A stretch of 64,000 bases of DNA from contig JBNKBE010000015.1 in NCBI GenBank assembly GCA_050287085.1, positions 109,030 through 173,029 of the forward strand. Direction: 5' to 3'. The stretch comes from Polyangiaceae bacterium. Its GTDB lineage: Bacteria > Myxococcota_A > Polyangia > Polyangiales > Polyangiaceae. Within the stretch, counting starts at the first letter, position 1, and the number at the start of each line of letters is the position of its first letter. Position numbers and translations under genes: made by a program. Below are positions 61,531 through 64,000 of the stretch, one piece after another. The notes under the pieces are model-generated. The model was not told where the DNA came from and did no database searches. It saw only the letters and a program-made list of their open reading frames with translations.

Positions 61531-61884
61531 AGGTTCTCTGGAGGCAGTGCCTGCCTCCGGTTGCAGCAGCGATGCCACCGCCCCGAAGCCGCATTGCCCG
61601 CGAGCACAACACAGCAACACGGTGACCGCCACCGGCCGCCACTCCCCTCGCAGCCACCCCCAAGCCCCGCTGCAATCCGCCAACACAAACCACAGCAGCC
61701 CCCCGGCGCCGTTCGAGTCGCGCACCCTCCCCCTCGCAGCCTAACCAGCCGCCACCGCGCAAGAAGCAGCCTAGTCCAATACGCGGCCTTAACCGGGTGC
61801 TCCTCAACAAGCTCACCCGCGCAAGAACTCGCGATTGGAGTTTCACATCGCCGCGACCCGCGGTACCCTCATCGAATCCCGCAG

Positions 61885-61925
61885 GTTAGATGGAGAGGCC
61901 CGCGGGTGAATTAGTAGTTAGCCAG
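61885..61925 (+). other. attI site (crossover in GTTAGCC at 61917-61923)
   Basis: Lies between intI and first cassette; GTTAGCCAG is the exact reverse complement of CTGGCTAAC at the attC start; extra GTTAGAT at 61885. Confidence 0.8.
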
Positions 61926-61942
61926 ACCAGAGCGGAGCACAC

Positions 61943-62584
61943 GTGAAGACACCACCCATCGAAACGCTTGATGCCGAAGACTTCACGAGCAAACTTGCAA
62001 AGGAGACAGACCGAGCGTGTGCGGTCCTTGGGGCTGCGTGGCTTGATGCAAGACTGGAGGAACTCCTTCGGCGTCGCCTAAAACACGATGTCGATGAGCT
62101 TCTCAGGCCCGGTCGTGCGCTGCAGAGCTTTAGTGCCCGGATCCGCCTCGCACGTAGCTTGTGCTGGATAGACGAGGCCACCGGCTACGACCTTGATACC
62201 ATCAGAACAATCCGCAACGACTTCGCGCATAGCTTTGATCATTCTCTCGGATTTGAAAGTCAATCGATCGCCGCTCGCTGTCGAACTCTACGTTCAGCGA
62301 ACGCCTACCTGGACGGCACCACTGAAGCCGCTAAACACCAGCCCAACTTCTCGACCCACGTCTTCGAACGCGTACGAAGCAAACTCGGTGAGCCGAGATG
62401 GCGGTTCCAGATCGCGGTGGAGTTCATCGAGCAGATTCTGCAAGAGCTTCCGGAGCTCGAGTCGCGCTACTCGGGCCCAGACCTCTGCGCCGAGGTCTTC
62501 AAGGTAAGCGCGGCTCAGCGATTTCACGTCCGAGCTACCCTGACCGTTGGCGATCCAGTCGACACTAAGGCGGCGGGGCACTAG
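61943..62584 (+). CDS. MltR-like protein with HEPN-type RxxxxH motif (cassette gene 1)
   Basis: DRACAVLGAAWLD..LEELL, FSARI.LA, IRTIRNDFAH; GGAG RBS before GTG. Confidence 0.75.
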   Translation: MKTPPIETLDAEDFTSKLAKETDRACAVLGAAWLDARLEELLRRRLKHDVDELLRPGRALQSFSARIRLARSLCWIDEATGYDLDTIRTIRNDFAHSFDHSLGFESQSIAARCRTLRSANAYLDGTTEAAKHQPNFSTHVFERVRSKLGEPRWRFQIAVEFIEQILQELPELESRYSGPDLCAEVFKVSAAQRFHVRATLTVGDPVDTKAAGH

Positions 62585-62591
62585 ACAGACC

Positions 62592-63620
62592 ATGCTCGTC
62601 GTCATCGATGCGAATATTTGGATCGCTGAACTCGCCCTCAACTCAGGGTTAGGGGCGGCGGTGAGATTCTATCTGAGGCAGCGCGCCGCGACGCTAGTGC
62701 TCCCGGAGGTTGTTCGTCGCGAAGTCGAGCACCATCTCCGTGATAAGCTGCAGACCCACATTGATCGTATCGGAGCGGAATACCGTCAGCTCTTGGGCGT
62801 GTTTGGGCAACTTAAGGAGCTAGTGCTCCCTGGCGAGGCGGACATCACCACACGAATCGATGGGCTTTTTGGCTCCGTTGGTGTGCCTGTCCGAGAGGTC
62901 CCCTTCGACATCGATGCCGCGAGAAGCTCGCTGGACAAGGTGCTTGAGAAGAAGCCCCCGTCCCACAAGTCACAACAGTTCAAGGATGGGGTAATCTGGG
63001 CGCACTGTGCTCAGCTTGTTCGCGAAGACGAGGTCTACCTTGTCACAAACGACAAGGCCTTTTACAAGAACGGCGCTTACGAGGCGGGCCTTGCCCCCAA
63101 TCTGCTCGCCGAAGTCTCCGGCCACCACGCGTTTCATCTAGTTCCAGAGCTCAGGTCTCTTCTCGGCGCGCTCCAAGAGCCGATCGCTTGGTCCTCAGGG
63201 CTGCTCGCCGAAGCTCACTCGCAAGCGCACGGAAGGGCTTGGCAAAACCTCCTGGACCGGTCGGGGTTCTCGCGCGCAGATCTTCTCGACGCAGCGGCCG
63301 ACTTCTATGCGACAGAAAGCCCCGACTTCCTCTTCGTGGAGTTCTCGCTGACCTTCCGATGTCCGGACACAGCCAACCGAGGCCGCGCAGACGCCCTCCT
63401 TAGGGTACGTGGAGATGGCGCATTCGAGCCCTCCGCGGGTCGTTTCTTTTCTTTGGGCCGCTTGGGTGAGTCGCTTCAGTACCGAGAGGATGAGCAGGAC
63501 AGGACCTTCACCAATCACGTTGCGCGGGTTGGACCCATCGTCATCGGTCACAAGACCGTGCAGCATCATATCCGACACCCGCTCAGCCTGAAGAATGACA
63601 CAGGCAATCCCCCAGACTGA
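62592..63620 (+). CDS. PIN-domain protein (DUF4935-like; cassette gene 2)
   Basis: VVIDANIW, PEVVRRE, KDGVIW, LVTNDKAF acidic motifs. Confidence 0.8.
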   Translation: MLVVIDANIWIAELALNSGLGAAVRFYLRQRAATLVLPEVVRREVEHHLRDKLQTHIDRIGAEYRQLLGVFGQLKELVLPGEADITTRIDGLFGSVGVPVREVPFDIDAARSSLDKVLEKKPPSHKSQQFKDGVIWAHCAQLVREDEVYLVTNDKAFYKNGAYEAGLAPNLLAEVSGHHAFHLVPELRSLLGALQEPIAWSSGLLAEAHSQAHGRAWQNLLDRSGFSRADLLDAAADFYATESPDFLFVEFSLTFRCPDTANRGRADALLRVRGDGAFEPSAGRFFSLGRLGESLQYREDEQDRTFTNHVARVGPIVIGHKTVQHHIRHPLSLKNDTGNPPD

Positions 63621-63660
63621 AGCGACGGGGGTGAACATTTGCAATGGACGGCGTTAAGCT

Positions 63661-63814
63661 GGCTAACAAGGGTTTGAACCAGACCGGGCCCCTGAGGCGC
63701 CTCGCCTTGCTGGAAGGTCATCGTCGGAGGGCGGCGAAGCGCCGCCTCTTCTTTGAGCTGATGCCACCTGCTAGGTTGTCTTGGAAGGGCCCGGCAGGTT
63801 AAACCCGAGCCGTT
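63661..63814 (+). other. attC site
   Basis: R'' GGCTAAC; L'' TTT(G)AACC pairs with L' GGTTAAA leaving one extrahelical base; CCGGGCCC/GGGCCCGG inner stem; R' GTT at 63812. Confidence 0.88.
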
Positions 63815-64000
63815 GAGGCCGTAGAAAAACCTACGAGACCCCTTGGATTGTAGCCTCGGGATGGATAGAAATCACCGCGGCACGGGTTATTGGAGGGCCC
63901 GCCGATGGCGAAGTACATCCCCTACGATCTCAACCAGACCAAGATGATCCCTTTGGCCTATGCCGACCAGATCGTCGAGGGCTCCTTCGAGCACGCCCTC
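63815..64000 (+). mobile_element. IS1182-like element, left end and transposase start (ATG 63905, runs off window)
   Basis: End GAGGCCGTAGAAAAA; GGAGG RBS; MAKYIPYDLNQTKMIPLAYADQIVEGSFEHAL resembles IS1182 N-termini. Confidence 0.65.

Noticed and set aside
61842..61869. Cassette promoter Pc (TTCACA-N16-TACCCT)
   Set aside because: Weak -10 and suboptimal spacing; cannot be supported without TSS data

Overview
GC-rich bacterial window. The many lipoproteins with Gly/Ala-rich linkers, a zinc-ribbon/TPR protein and a possible MYXO-CTERM tail suggest a myxobacterium (inference). 1-20 kb is an accessory region of secreted/lipoprotein hydrolases, an AraC + DHFR-like pair, nested IS256/IS66 remnants and a frameshifted beta-barrel gene. 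20-29 kb holds an orphan internally duplicated CheW fusion and a probable Fur-regulated iron/redox cluster (porin, P460-like cytochrome, imelysin, di-haem oxidoreductase, FMN-binding protein). 29-50 kb is mostly ordinary (MocR/EamA, GST, trxC, Rrf2, tRNA-Ser, sppA, two-component pair, uppS). 50-56 kb is a sigma54-controlled sulfur-handling cluster whose two promoters share a visible enhancer motif. After tRNA-Arg(UCU) come REP-like repeats, an interrupted tRNA-Arg half, and a tRNA-His-like RNA with hairpins directly upstream of an HNH nuclease. The window ends with an integron (intI, attI, one two-gene HEPN-like + PIN cassette, and an attC interrupted by an IS1182-like element). Best candidates for something new: the tRNA-mimic/HNH unit, the HEPN+PIN cassette and the iron/flavin redox cluster. 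All family calls come from motif recognition by eye; no searches were run.
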